This document shows, one piece after another, positions 27,266 through 40,439 of a DNA stretch of 64,000 nt; the first letter of the stretch is position 1, and every line of letters starts with the position of its first letter. This DNA is from Ancylonema sp. (lineage: Eukaryota), in contig JBFLGF010000042.1 in NCBI GenBank assembly GCA_050230475.1, forward strand, positions 1-64,000. The letters are read 5' to 3'. Both the position numbers and the translations under genes were made by a program. A model generated the notes under the pieces. The model did not search any database. It saw only the letters and a program-made list of their open reading frames with translations, and had not been told where the DNA came from.

Positions 27266-27911
27266 GTCCAACCACGGGAGGGAGAACAAAGAATGCGAGT
27301 GTTTTGTGACTTTGTTTTGGTTGTCAAGGCTCCATTTTAAGATTCTTATGGATGCCGCCGCGACTCACATTTGCGATGAGGATTAGTCGTTTGAGTAGTT
27401 TGCAAACTCCATTGTGTGATGGTTGTTGGTCTTGTTGATAACATTGTGCTACCGAGGATGGACGATATCCGATTTTGTTAACCAAAGTGGATGTACACAC
27501 ATGTGATCAGCGAAGGCTCTATCACGTCCTTCCGTCACCCATGCCACCCTAGGCCATTTTGTCTCCCTAGGTTTCATTTTGTGTGCTCAAGGACGTTGTT
27601 CCCAGATTAAAAAGGCATGTGTTGCACATCTTTGTGGTTGTAGTCTTTATTTTTTGGCAAAGATGGCCGAATGGCTCTCGAGTCAGTTTTTATGTCACCT
27701 GCATGAAATTTCAGGGGGGGGGGGGGAAGTTATTTTAGATTTAGAATCACCACTTGTATGTCCTTATCCCCTTGTTGGGTACTTGATGGTTCAAGAAATG
27801 TCTGCTGCATATCAACATAACGCTTATATATAAAAAACATATGGGGTGCAATCCGTTGTTTGATAAACTTGTATTAGCAAAACACAAGTGGATAATCGGA
27901 TGTGTTATCAC

Positions 27912-28110
27912 TAGGGTTGTTACCTCCGCGCCAACCCGCGCGGCGGCTAACCGCGCAACCGCGTGGTGGCCAACCCCGACCGCGTTCATATAGGTAACGG
28001 TTGGCCCACCCGGGTGGCTTTTGGCCGGCCGCAAGCCAAGTCCCACCCGGTTGGGATGCGGTTCGGACGGTTAGGTTGCGGTTGAGTGCGATTGGGTGCG
28101 GTTTGAAGTA
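27912..28110 (+). mobile_element. Single terminus of a hAT-like element
   Basis: TAGGGTTGTTAC start followed by aaccgcg/cggtt subterminal repeats; partner end not found. Confidence 0.45.
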
Positions 28111-29962
28111 TCAAGGGGGGGGGGGGTGGGGGGGGTACGCTTTGAATTTAAATCTCCACCCTCTCTCTCGCTAAAAAAACCAAGAAAACAAATTAGCGTA
28201 TAATGTACACACAATATATTTTTTTCCGCGTTTTTCTTCCAATATCTTTACAACCGTATGTGAAAGGGTCTATACCTTTCGGTTTCTTTAGCTATTATTT
28301 TCTTTTCACTTGTTCATTTTGTGAACCATCCCATATTCATTTAGGATAGTTCATTTTTTATAACATTTGTGTTGAACATATACAACAATCCACCACACTC
28401 TTGATTTTCCATTTTTACTTTATTTTCCACACTAATCAATTTTTGGATAGAGCACTCTCACGGAAATTACGGGTGGACACTACAACAATTTGTTCACATT
28501 ATCATAACACTAGTTTATTCTATCATTATTTAACAAGGCGAAAGCCTAGTGAGAAGGGGCAAAGAAGCATACATATGACGTGGTGATGGAGTCGGCAAGC
28601 AACTTGTGGACGAAATCTCGCAAAAACAAAGAAATCGACAGATTTTTGATAAAAACCACAAAACATGACTTTTCGTGTTTTTCAACGCCGATGGTGTTGG
28701 CGGATTGTAGTAGATGATTTGGCTGCTTTCAAGGAGTTTGCAACGTCTTGATAGGCTCTTGTTAGGCTCTTGTTGTCTCACTTCGGAGTATGTTGTCGAC
28801 TGAGTTTCAAGTGATGGAGATGGAAATGGATATCCACTTCTATATGTGACTTATCGGTGGACTTTCAAAATTTTATTGCTCACTGAAGTCTCAGATGCAC
28901 TCGATGCAATACACCGGAGGTCAATAGCGTATGATCAATCAAGGAATGCAGATGCGAAATACGTAGTGTAGTTGGACATGCAACAAACACAACGGACTTG
29001 GACAAAATTAACAATTCTTGATAGTCACGGCACACCAACATGTGTTATGAAGATATATACGAAGTCCGGAGTTCCGAATTACAAAGTTCCGAATTTTAAA
29101 ACGAGGCTAAGAAGTGCACATTAAAATAAAAAAAATAAAAAATAAAAAACACACACATATTAAAAAAACATAACATTGTCCAAATAATATGTGATCATGA
29201 ACGTGATTGGATGTATTAATGGAACTGTCGGGACCGGAACAAAATGTTTCTTCAGACAAGTCACTCACTTTGGGAGTGCTTGTTCCTAACAATTTTGGTT
29301 TTGCAACCGGACTTTTAAAATCCTTTAGAAAGGTTATTCCTAAAGACAATATTAAGACAAGCCATATCGTAGATAGCAATCTCGTCACCAAAATCGTCAA
29401 GTTCGTTCAATATCGTGAGGACTTTAGATTGATAAAATTTTCCGTACAATTTACCCACGCGATATAGCATTTTATGCAAATTATACCGACATTCAGTTGT
29501 AGATTTCCCAAACCAAGGTCGTTGCATGGAGCGGCGTTGTGCTCATTTCGAGGGTGATTTGATTTTTTTTTTAAATGAAAATTATTGTCGTTACATTGAA
29601 GTTGTCGTTATATTGTCGTCATTAAGAGGGTCGTTATATCGTGGGGGTCCTCTACATGTGTGACTCCACTTGTATCTCAAAATCTGGTTACATATTGGAT
29701 GTTCAATTCGTTGTGGAATTAAAAAGTTCGTGGACTAAATAATGTCCCAATAACACGTCTACGTGTACGTGTATACGTTTAGAACTGAATCGGTCGAATC
29801 AGGATCCCGCAAGGACTACTTTCCCGATTTGAAAGTCTAATTCGGACTTACGTCGTGTTCTCCCGCGAATTAGGCTAGTCGAACCGGGCGACCATAAGAG
29901 ATGCTCTGACTGTTGACTTATTTCGGGCGCAAGTACGGAAGCCAAGTCGAACGGAGGTGATA

Positions 29963-30505
29963 CAGTAAACCCTTGATGTAGTGACAATTTTATAGACACT
30001 GGAAAATAATGTCACTATATCGAATGCCGGGGGTGTCATTATACACTATACAGTGACATTTGATAGTGCGACATTGAGCCAATGTCACTATATCGAAGGA
30101 AAGTGAATTTTAGGTTATTTTGAGCAACCAGATCCGGTGCGCACAGGTTTTTATCTATATAGCGTTTGTTCTAATATTCACTCGCTACAATAAAACCTCT
30201 TTGAAGTAATAATGCCTGGCTGGGTATAAAATATTAATTCAGACGGGTTATTAATAAATTGTTATTTATTTTCTATTAGATTTGGGAGGTTATTAAATTT
30301 CACAACGTTAATTTAAACAGGTTTCACTGTATAGCGACATTTCAATAATAAAAACTGGGAAAATTTGGTCACTATAACGTGTGTCACTATAGCGATTGTC
30401 ACTATATCGAGTGGGTTTTTATATAGGATTAGAAAAAGGGCATAAAAAATGTCACTATATCGTGATTGACACTATATCGAGTGTTACTATATCAAGGGTT
30501 TACTA
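29963..30505. mobile_element. Tc1/mariner(pogo/Tigger)-type MITE
   Basis: TA|CAGTAAACCCTTGAT ... ATCAAGGGTTTACTA|TA with internal tgtcactatatcg repeats. Confidence 0.8.
30188..30329. mobile_element. Small TA-flanked MITE nested in the preceding MITE
   Basis: TA|CAATAAAACCT ... AGGTTTCACTG|TA; ends similar to the MITE at 49820-49992. Confidence 0.65.
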
Positions 30506-31727
30506 TATTGAATGACCATACTTTTTAAATCCCCAAATATCCACTTAACCGCCCTACCGCCCCTTTTGGCAGGTGGGCGGGTGAACTGCAGATGGGGCGG
30601 GTGGAAAGCAGGTGGTGGTCGCGTTTTCACCCCACCCTGAGGTGTCTGGTAGGTGGGACCCACTTGGTTCGTGGGTCAGAATTGGGCAGTTCGCATCGAT
30701 TTGGCATAAAATCCACGGCACTCACGGGCACAGAACAAGCGGGCGGTCGCCAGCCACTGGTGACTCATCTCAATATGTCAGAGGCGGCGACGGAGGCGGC
30801 GTCCTGGAGGTCAACTGCGTCAAATTGATTGTCGTTCACGAGGTCCCAGAGTATCAGAGCCCAGTGTTCCGTGCACTCTCCTAGTGATCGACAATCAACC
30901 TAACAAAGCGGGCATTACCAGAAGCTAAGCATGCAACACTCCGGCCGACGATGGCCTTCGCCAAGTGTTGTCTTTGCGTACAATAAGAGCAAGCATTTCC
31001 TTAAAAGCAAATATCAGCTCCGGAGACGACAATGTTCTCATACGAACGGTAGTTTCAAGTACTCTTAGGTGATTTTTTCCGGTGGAACAAGCGAGGTCTA
31101 ACGATGTTACAAGTTATAGCGGCGGTTGAAAATTGCCGGTGGCATGTCCCTCCTGAACGATTAGTGGTACCGAGGCGAGTGCCGAAAACTGGCGACCCTC
31201 GGCGCCTGCATACACCATGTGCCGTTGACATGGAGACCTAGGTCAAAGGAGCAGGAGCAGGAGCAGGGCAAAGGGGCATGACTACCAACGGGATGTCTTG
31301 ACTACCAAATTCACGGTAGGTAGACCGTAACGCCATGAAGAGGCACCTTTGACTATTTCATTTCAGCCGATCCAGTCAATTGCTGCTTTCCGTTGTGGTT
31401 AGAGACTCACGTCAGTTCTTCTCTAGCGTACTTTTCCGTGCGAGATGCAGCCGATACTTGGAGATGAAGACAAAAGTGCGGAGACAACGTACTCGTTCGC
31501 GGATTACGGACCAGAGTTCTCTTTCAAGGTATAATTCCTGGTTTCTTGCGTGGATGATAGTGGGCAACCCAAATCAAGAAATGCAGAGTCTAAGAACACC
31601 GTATAAAATTATAGGAGAAGATAGGGGAAAGAGATAAAGTAGGGGGGCTGAGGGGATGAGGGTCCTTCATTAGCGAGGAGGAGGGCGTCGGAAGCAAAGA
31701 GCATGGTCAAGGATAGCTTACTTCTCC

Positions 31728-33474
31728 ATGGATACTGATTTTTTTTCAGTCCGAATGTCATGGTTCCAGCCACATCGAAAGCAGCATGTTCTATGCTACC
31801 TCGCAGCAACGGTCATCCCCACCTTGTTAGCCGCTGGAATTCTCGTTACGGCCCTCTACGTGGCGTTCATGCCGAAGGTACAACAGAACCCTTGGGTTCA
31901 GGGTGCGAATCATTGGGGCACCTCAGATATTCGTGGAGGTTTGATGTATCGTTGGTGGCAGATTCATGTGATCACAGAGCTCTGAGGTACTGGAGTGGAA
32001 TTGAAGGCGGGATAAAGCGTACCTACTCTTTTACTGATCGCCGATGTACAATGACCGTGTGAGGGACAGTTTTTTAAGGACATAAACATCGATCATGGCA
32101 TACATTTTGCGAAGTCGCTGACACAAAGGCAGGGACGAGCAAAATCCAGAATGGTAGACTGATCAGTGTGCGATCTAGGTATTTCTGTACCACCCTCACA
32201 ATTAATCATACCCTCCTGCTTGAGTGACGTCCAAGGCCGAACAGTTGTAGGTAGGATCAGGATCTTGACCAAGGCCGAACAGTTGTAGGGAGGATCAGGA
32301 TCTTGACCAAGAACACGATTCACGGTCTTGTGGCAGGCACCGACTTTGAATTTGAGAACCATGCTGGCCAACTTGACGGGCATCACAGAAGGAACGGTGA
32401 ACGGTGCGGGGAGCTCTATCGGATATGTCGGATTCGCCTTCGACTTCAACAACGACAACTCCCTGGGGTTGGAGTTCAGTGAAACTTACATTCTTGTCTC
32501 CCAGAACAGCTCGCAGCTAGCAAACACTTCGGTACGGAATGGCTGCCACAGATTTGGCAGGGCAAACACAACCACAGGGATTTCAGGGTATCCAGGGTAT
32601 CCAGGGTATCCACAGGGTGTTGGGGAATATCCGACCTGCTGGTGGACAGAAGCTCATATCTGATCACAAATAGATGGATTCCAAACCGTAGTTCATGACA
32701 TTTCTGTGGCTCCTCATCTTGTTTTTCAAGCAGATCTTTTGCAACCATTCTCTCAGCCTCCAGCAGGAGGCTGTACGGATTGTTCCTTCCAGATAGATCT
32801 TTATCTCTGAAATCACTATTGATGCTGCTGCCTTCCAGATTCCAGGATTCCGAGCGGGTGGATATGAGTACTTTCGGAAGTATGCTATTGTCATTCTAGC
32901 GGTTCCGGGGAGGACCACTTTTGCAGATATTGAGACAATCAATGGCAGCCTGCCAGTCTCGGTAAAGACTGTCATCCTTTCCCACTCATGGTGTACGCAA
33001 TAATTTGCAATAAGTTGGTGACATGACTAGCTGGCCGGTTATGGCAGGATGCATGTTGTCTGATAACAGGCAGGCAGTGTGCTGTTAGGCTTTTTCTCTC
33101 TCTCCAATGTTGTTTCACAGAATGAGACTGTGTTCCTACAGGACACCCTCATTGCAAATCAGGTGGTGGTGCGGTGCAGTAGTATTTTCTGAGTGAAGTG
33201 TGACACATGTTTATGGCAGACTCTCTGATCCTGAATCTGATAACAAGGAACTCGATTGCAGGTGGATGCTTATGTATTTGGAAGAGAAAATATTTGGAAC
33301 TTATTCTACGCTAAAACCACGGTATGTGGATCATGGCGGTCTGATCACCGCTTTTCAAAATGCCAACAGAGATTCTGTATCCTCCTTGATCTGACGCTGA
33401 AATGTCCCCTCTTGTTAGTGACCATCTTGCCTGAGTTCATCCAGTTGTTGTTAATTATTTGGTTATGTGACTAA
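31728..33474 (+). CDS. LEA_2 / NDR1-HIN1-like single-pass membrane protein (start and end uncertain)
   Basis: TM segment (LAATVIPTLLAAGILVTALYVAFMPK) splices in frame at 31877/32337 to APTLNL..FAFDFNNDNSLGLEFSETYILV..LANTS and at 32531/32839 to IPGFRAG, matching the LEA_2 pattern (P-x-F..N-x-N..I-x-Y..VPxF). Confidence 0.55.
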
Positions 33475-35272
33475 GTCTTCAAGAGCCCTAAGAAAACAAA
33501 TCAAGTTGCCTGTACGCCAAATAATTTGGTTCGACAATTTCGCTTTGTCTTTGTACATTAAGGAGGCATCTGATGACAACTCTTGGTTCAATTGTTTTTA
33601 GACTCCTTGATCGTCGTCCACTTCTCGTTTTGCTCCCTATCATATTTCCGGCTAGTAGCAATTGAGTCACACTTAGGACTTAGTTATGCCCAACAAAAAT
33701 ACTGATTTCTCGACACATCGAAACCGTAAAAAATGGACCGGTTCTGTGAACATGGATAAATTGTTTATCCTACAAGAAACGCAAGTCATACAAGACAAGC
33801 CTATGTAAGCAAAGCAACACAAAACGAGATGAGGTGTTAAAACATAACAAGACATTGCATCAACGAAAATGATCAAAGTCCACACAGTATGATTTTGTCT
33901 ACAACGGCGTTGCAAATCAAAATAGTAACAAATGGCATTATGAACTCACCTTCAAATGGAATCGGTTGTCACATGTCCCGCATCATTCAAAACCGGGGGG
34001 TGATATACATAGTCTCCAGTTATATCGTGATGTTTATACTCTTAGTGACGCACCGTATTACATATGAAGAAAAGTAATGGATAAATGATACTCTCGTGAC
34101 TACCTTTACCATACCATTACTATCACTTGCGCAATACTATTTTTTGTAAGAGGAAGGATGCCGTATTCCTAAAAAGGGTCATATTCAGATGTATCATGTT
34201 CTTCAAATAACGTACAAATGAATGTGTGTTAAACTGTAGGAGTCGTGGCCAATCTCCGTGTGATAAAGCAATATTGTGGTCGCAAATTTCCCGATTTGTT
34301 TATCTTCGTGGTATAAGTGATGTTGGGAGCGGAGTAATCTTGGTATTCATGCCTTGTTGCCGTTGTCATTTAAATCGTTCAAGGCAATACAAAAGAGTAA
34401 ATTGTAATATCTTCGGATACTAAAGAGTGTGGATCTAAGCCAATATGCCTTAGCTCGTGACCGTTCTGCCATTGCAGGCAAAACGGAAAAAAAAAACAAG
34501 GTGCCAAAGAAATTCAGAGCGAAATGAAATGAATATTTTATGGTGGTCGTATGATGGATGGATAGCCCTTGTTGGGCCCGATCCCACTGAAATCGCAATC
34601 TGGTATCATCGTATCGAATCTGATCCAAATGTGCTCCGAACCAAACACGTAAGTGATAATTACTCATATAGTGTGGAGTGTCACTCCATGAAATACCATA
34701 ACTGAGTTCATCATCGGTATATACATCATCAAGCACCGATTGTATGTCCTCTTCTACATTCAAAATCTCTCTCTCTTGGAATTTTCAAGAGAGTGAGATT
34801 TCGAACGTAGAAGTGGACATAAAATCGGTGCTTATATATCGTTGGACGCGAGAAATCGTCACATCTTGCCGCAGGGAATCAAATTGCGTAGACCTACTGA
34901 TGTGAAACCTCTGCAAATTAATAATCTGTCTTAACTAATAAAAAAATTCCGCCCGATTTCGGGTTTTTCCCAGAATCTGACGTGTTGATTAATAACCTGT
35001 CTTATTTGACAATTTTTCCCGGTCCCGACAATATTAATGAAGACAAGTTTTATTGTTGTGTGAGATTTTGAACCTTCACTCGTCATGAGGAATCGGTAAA
35101 ATATGACCCATTTCAAACTCGCGATACTGTTAGTGACATCTAAAAAAACCGGATCAAAAGAGAATGTGGAGCATGAGAATTTATTTTAAAAAAAAAAAAC
35201 CAAATAAAATTCGAGTCAACAATTTTTGTTTATGTTCCTTGACTCAAATTTCGGTACACATCAGCAAGAAAA

Positions 35273-35715
35273 TGTTAGTTTTTAGGGGCTGTGAACTTTT
35301 GTCGTTATATCGATTTTAGCAATACCGGGAATTTAGCTTTAGTTTTGTCGTCATTCAGAAAATGCAGGCTGCAAGCAGGCTGCAGGCCGGCTGCAGGCCG
35401 ACGTCCTTGTTTTAATGATTACTTGGCCATCTGGCACAAGTGTCGATAAGAACTAGTTGATGTGGCAGAATGCTTAGATATGATTGGCAGTTGACGAAGT
35501 AGTTTCGATAGCAGTAGATTCTTTGACCAGGCAACAATCGACTGTACTAGGTCTGAGCTTGTATGCTGAATTCTGTAATCAGACTTTTCTACTTCAAACT
35601 TGCACTTTTGTTGTGTCAACGTTTGTAATGACGTGATTTGTCGATTCAAGAGTGTCTGAGAGAATTGTGCTTTATTCTATTCTTGCATTGATGGCAGAAG
35701 AAAGCACTCACCTCA
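35273..35715 (+). mobile_element. Copia solo LTR (same family as LTRs at 55003 and 62467)
   Basis: Starts TGTTAGTTTTTAGGGGCTGTGAACTTTT and shares ttcaaacttgcacttt and ttcttgcat.gatggcagaaga.agca with 62467-62833. 3' end approximate; TSD not found. Confidence 0.75.
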
Positions 35716-36273
35716 CTCACAAAAGATTAGATTTTGATATGTGCACAACTCACATATTTGTACGGACCCCGAGTCGGTATTGTCAAAAAATATTTGCAAT
35801 TTTAGAGTCCACCAACCCCTACTTGGGTTTTTCGAACTGTAATGAACTCCGTACAAATTGCAACTCTAAATAAATCTCCACCTTCTCAACTTTCCAATTT
35901 TCTGTACTTGGAGCGGGTTGAGAACCGGTTCCCCGTTTTTTTGTTACGAGCAACAATGCCAAATGCTCCATGCGTTTACGGGCCATTTTTACTCTCACAA
36001 TCAAAGCAAGTGAAAAACAAAGCGTACAAGTAGGCAATATAATCTCATGGCATGGAGAAGGCACCATGATACATGTTTGGTCAACAATAAACACACAGCT
36101 CATGCTTGTATGTATTTCATCATCGAACCCTTGTCAAGCAAACCCCTTCTTGACGCACACCAGAAGTGACTGAAGCATGGCCCATAGGCCATATGCAGTA
36201 ACTCGCTGGTCAACATCGTTGGTCAACGTCTCTGGTCAACGTCTCCGGTCAACGTCTCCGAGCACATCTTCGG

Positions 36274-38888
36274 TCAACGTCGTCCTCGATCAGCGAAAAT
36301 CATTTTGTGCACAACCGCAGTTGCTGTTCCCGCTATGACCACACCGTTCGAGTAGCATCGGGCGCCAATGATTTCCGCAGCGTGAAAGAACCTGGGAACC
36401 ACAACACAGACAGAATACGGACAAGATGCGTAAACATTTCCGGTCACATGCTGCCTTCAGGATGGGCACCATTTCCGAGCATGCTTGGAGGAATAGCGTC
36501 GAGCACAAGGGCAGGAAAACAGTATGAGTGGTTGCTCGTATCCACCTCTCGTCTTCAAATTCCGATCTATTCCGATTAATTTACTAGTTGTGGGTCCTAT
36601 GCCACATATGTAAACATATTTATTCCTTTTCCTTCTCCATTTCCCCCCCTTCCCACCTTCCACTGAAATCTTTTGGTTGCTTCTTCTGTTCCGGTTCTTG
36701 GGATGGTCTCTTCGAAGGTTGCGCCGCTTGTTGTTCTTGTGCCTCTTCTATCCTTCGTGACACCTCTTGCAAACGCTCTGCATGCAAAAACAAGATGATT
36801 TTTTAGAGATAAGCCACCAAGACTGTTGGAATAGTGTAGGTGGATTTCATCAACGTCAGAATGCAGCCGCAGCATTGCATGCACAATGAAATCTGTGTTC
36901 ACTATTCCTAGAAGGAAATACGGAACCCAATCCAACTCGCCGTGTGGCTGTGTTCGCTGTGTGTCTCCATTCCAACCCCCCAACCCAACTATCCACAATC
37001 TACAACAAAAGTGACAATTTCCATGAAACCATCTGCCACAAACCATTTTTGTTCCCAGTCCCAATGGTATATGTGAGGGCAGACGTTGACCAATCAGAGT
37101 AAGCGGGTGTCCTTACTCCCCCTCTACGCCTATAGCTCTCCCAATGACAACCCCCCGCTACATTTGGTAACCAACATTTTTCCATAGACCCCGCACGATA
37201 TAGAATGGTCATGGGAAAACTGCTTGCATTGAATGGAAACTTTCAATAACCATGGGGCATGCGTTGACATGTATCCAAAAGATTAGAGGCAATCAGGCAG
37301 CAGGCCTCACAGGCGCCTCTATTTGAATGTGCTTCTGAGTGCAGCCAGGAACATTGTACAGATTTGTCAACATAAACATTGTCATCCGTTCACCAATTAC
37401 CCCCCCTCCGCCACTTAAGTTCACTTTTTATGCACTCACTCCAACTTGAGAACTAGAAGTCAAGAAAAAGTGCATTCACATCTTTGCATAACTTAAGATA
37501 CTCACGTCCCAGCTGGGTGAAGAACATGCGAGCTACCCATTCAGCCCTTTGAAGCAAATTGGACCATGGTTCAAATATTTCATATTTGACCATGGTTCAT
37601 AATAAACCTTGGTTCATATTTGACCATGGTTCATCCCACTGAATCTGTACGTCTCCTTCAAAACACAAATCCGCAGGAGGAGAGCATCCAGCATCCACAG
37701 GGCATACCACAGGCAGCCACAGTGGATGCCAGGCCCAAAAAGAACGTCTATCTGAGTCCAACAGAGCGCACGCAAAACACCCTTAATTGATGGGAAAAAA
37801 GTGTGGGATGAAAGGGAAGACTTCTCTCCACGTCTTACCACTCAACTTCTGCGCCTCCTCCAGCTTGCGAGTGTGGTCCACGTGTTCCCTCACCAGGTCC
37901 GGGTCCGGGTCCGGTTTCTGTTGGAGTGGGTCACGCTTCTGCTGCTGCTCACTGGGGGATGCCGAGGAATTGGAGGCATCGTTCTGACGTCGATCTACGA
38001 GAAACTGTCCAACGGAAGCAGGACACGGAGCGGTCAGATTGGAGATCCAACGGTCAGCAGTAGCTTGAGCAGCAGCTATTCAGCCCGCTCCATGGAGAGA
38101 GACAGGAAGACCTGTGCGTGAAGTATACATATATATTTAGGTTTGCTTCACCAGAGAAACGCTGACGTCCTAAGTACAATCACACTTTGAAGTGCTGAGA
38201 ACCGAACGAGTCGTCTGCCGTGTGCGCCCATACCTCGATTCCGGAGCACAAGGGTAGAGAAGTCGGGGCAGCATCGGAGTCAGTCTCCAGAGATGACTCG
38301 CTGTACAGAGAGTAGCCTACGCAGGCATACTTGAATTCAGATTCTAAAGTTTTGAGATGCTTCCCGGAAGTTGACGGCCCCCGCCGGACAGTCACGCCAT
38401 CTGACACCAGCAACACCACATAGAACGACTGGTCACCTCAAAAAATATGCCACTTACGTCATTAGCATTCCCCACGTCTGTTGTGAGCTGCTTTGAACTC
38501 TGAAAAGAAACAGGTACCGGAACTGACCAAATCATACGAGACAACGCCTGGAGATGAAATGTACTCGCAAGGTATAAAAATAAGAAATACCTGGAAAGGA
38601 TTCAAGCTTGCTGACGCCCATGCAGACAGGGGCCTGGCTTCCTTGCTGTTTCAAACTTTTGGAAAAGTAGAGGCATCCTCTGCAGGTTCGACCCCCACTC
38701 AGACCATCGTCAGGGGTGCTTGAAACGCCTGAGGTGCTAGTTTGTTTGCTGTGCGAATCACCGGCGTGACTACTCTGTTCCCTGGATTCGTTACCCTCAA
38801 CTTTCGAATTCTCAGGCGTGTAGGCGAATGGGGTAATTCCGTCCCCTCCAGACAACTGGGCATTCGCATCAACTCGATGCGTCACCAT
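36274..38888 (-). CDS. Conserved plant Cys-rich protein of unknown function (At3g51100-like), multi-exon
   Basis: Exons encode GRTCRGCLYFSKSLK..PVCMG, EFKYACVGYSLY..LPLCSGIE, FLVDRR, recalled as a conserved plant family. Last exon FFHAAEIIG..ADRGRR*. Confidence 0.7.
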
Positions 38889-39309
38889 GCCCGCCGCACT
38901 ATTGGCAAACAGCAGGAACGCAGCACTAAAAACGCCTGCCAGCTACAACTTCACGATCGGCGCAAGGAGAATAGGGTTACTCGGCAATGGTTTGAAATAT
39001 GATATGACACCATTGCATCGCACTAATCGTCATCAGAATTTACCAAAGACGCTAGTATGACATGCTTAATCAGGCGGACGCGCGCCGTAGCATAGGGCAC
39101 GTGGGTGGGGTCAGCCTCCTGCAAAGCACCAACTGGTTGTGAGGAGTCGTCCATATAGCGGGTAAGAGTCCCGCTATTAAAAAACTGTCTCGTAAAACGG
39201 AGCTCACTCTCCGTTTTACCGTCAAATTCAGGCGCAAATCCCGCCCCGCGCGAAGTCGCTCCGTGCGTAATTTCGGGCGAATATTTTTGTGCTTCATCCG
39301 TGTGCAGGA

Positions 39310-39685
39310 CATAGATATACCCGCCCGCGGGCGGGAATATTTTCGCTCGCCTGCGCCCGCAGGCGGTTTCGCCCGCGGGCGCCGCCCGGCCGCCCGTTAC
39401 GGGCGCGCTGAATTTCGGGATTTCAAGAAAGCAAGTTAAAAAAAGCCTAGCTTCTAGACGTTTTACGATATTCTTACCAAAAAAAAAGTTTCATGTAGAG
39501 GAAATTATGAATTTGATATTAGCACTTTTTATTTTTTTAATTTCGATCGACGTGGAGTTTTAAAAACTGAAAACACCAGAACACTAAAAAGGCTCTATAT
39601 ACGCGCACGCCACGTGGACATTCCCGCCCGCATTCCGCCCGCGGGTGCCCCCCGGCGGAGATTTTGACGGGCGTGTACATCTATG
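39310..39685. mobile_element. hAT-type MITE, intact (GC-rich cccgc subterminal repeats)
   Basis: TIR CATAGATATAC / GTACATCTATG with perfect 8-bp TSD GTGCAGGA. Confidence 0.9.
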
Positions 39686-40439
39686 GTGCAGGATGCCCTA
39701 TGCCCTGTGCCCTGTGCCCTGTGCTTTTCTATATTGTGATAGGCGATGCAGGCCTGCTGACATGGGTGGTTTTAGTATTGATTTTGAATGGGAATTTGCG
39801 TGGACACGGTGACCAGAATGATCACGAATGATCAGAGTGGTCGGAATATAATCGACACTAACAAATGTTGACGAATATTGCTTTATTGAAAAGTTGACAA
39901 GAAAATGAAGAAGTTACAAGTTTTCCAGATAGACCTTTGGATCACTGCAACACACACAAACGCACACACTCTTCTACTCCCTGGTTTTTCCCCATTGTGA
40001 CGGAAGGGTGTCCTCGACAATCTCTTTTCCCAACATGTGTTTTTTCCCCTCTAGCGCAACAACTTTTATCTTCGTCACTCCCGCCTTCCCAAAATTATCA
40101 ATGGCATTCACAGCCATTTTCCTGATTGCCTCCATATTGTCATGACCTTCCATAAAGGTATACTTAACAGTCACAGTCGCCTCCGCGCCCACCGCTTTTA
40201 AGGCCTCCATCTCCCTTGTGCCCTCCGCGCGCACATCTGCTATAGTCGTTGCCGCGGTGCTATGGAGTCCCTATGCGCTTTTATTTTCCAGTAGCCTGTT
40301 GCCCTCTACTGTAATTGTACTCACAATTGCCACGGCCACTGCGGGCACAATTGGACCCGCTGAGCTCGGACCTGGTGCAATGTTCGGTCTCCGCCGTTAC
40401 TTCCCCCCCCTCTCCCCCCCTTTCCCCTGTCCCGGTCGG

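Noticed and set aside
28500..29530. Possible transposase remnants following the hAT-like end
   Set aside because: No recognisable BED, DDE or dimerisation motifs by eye.
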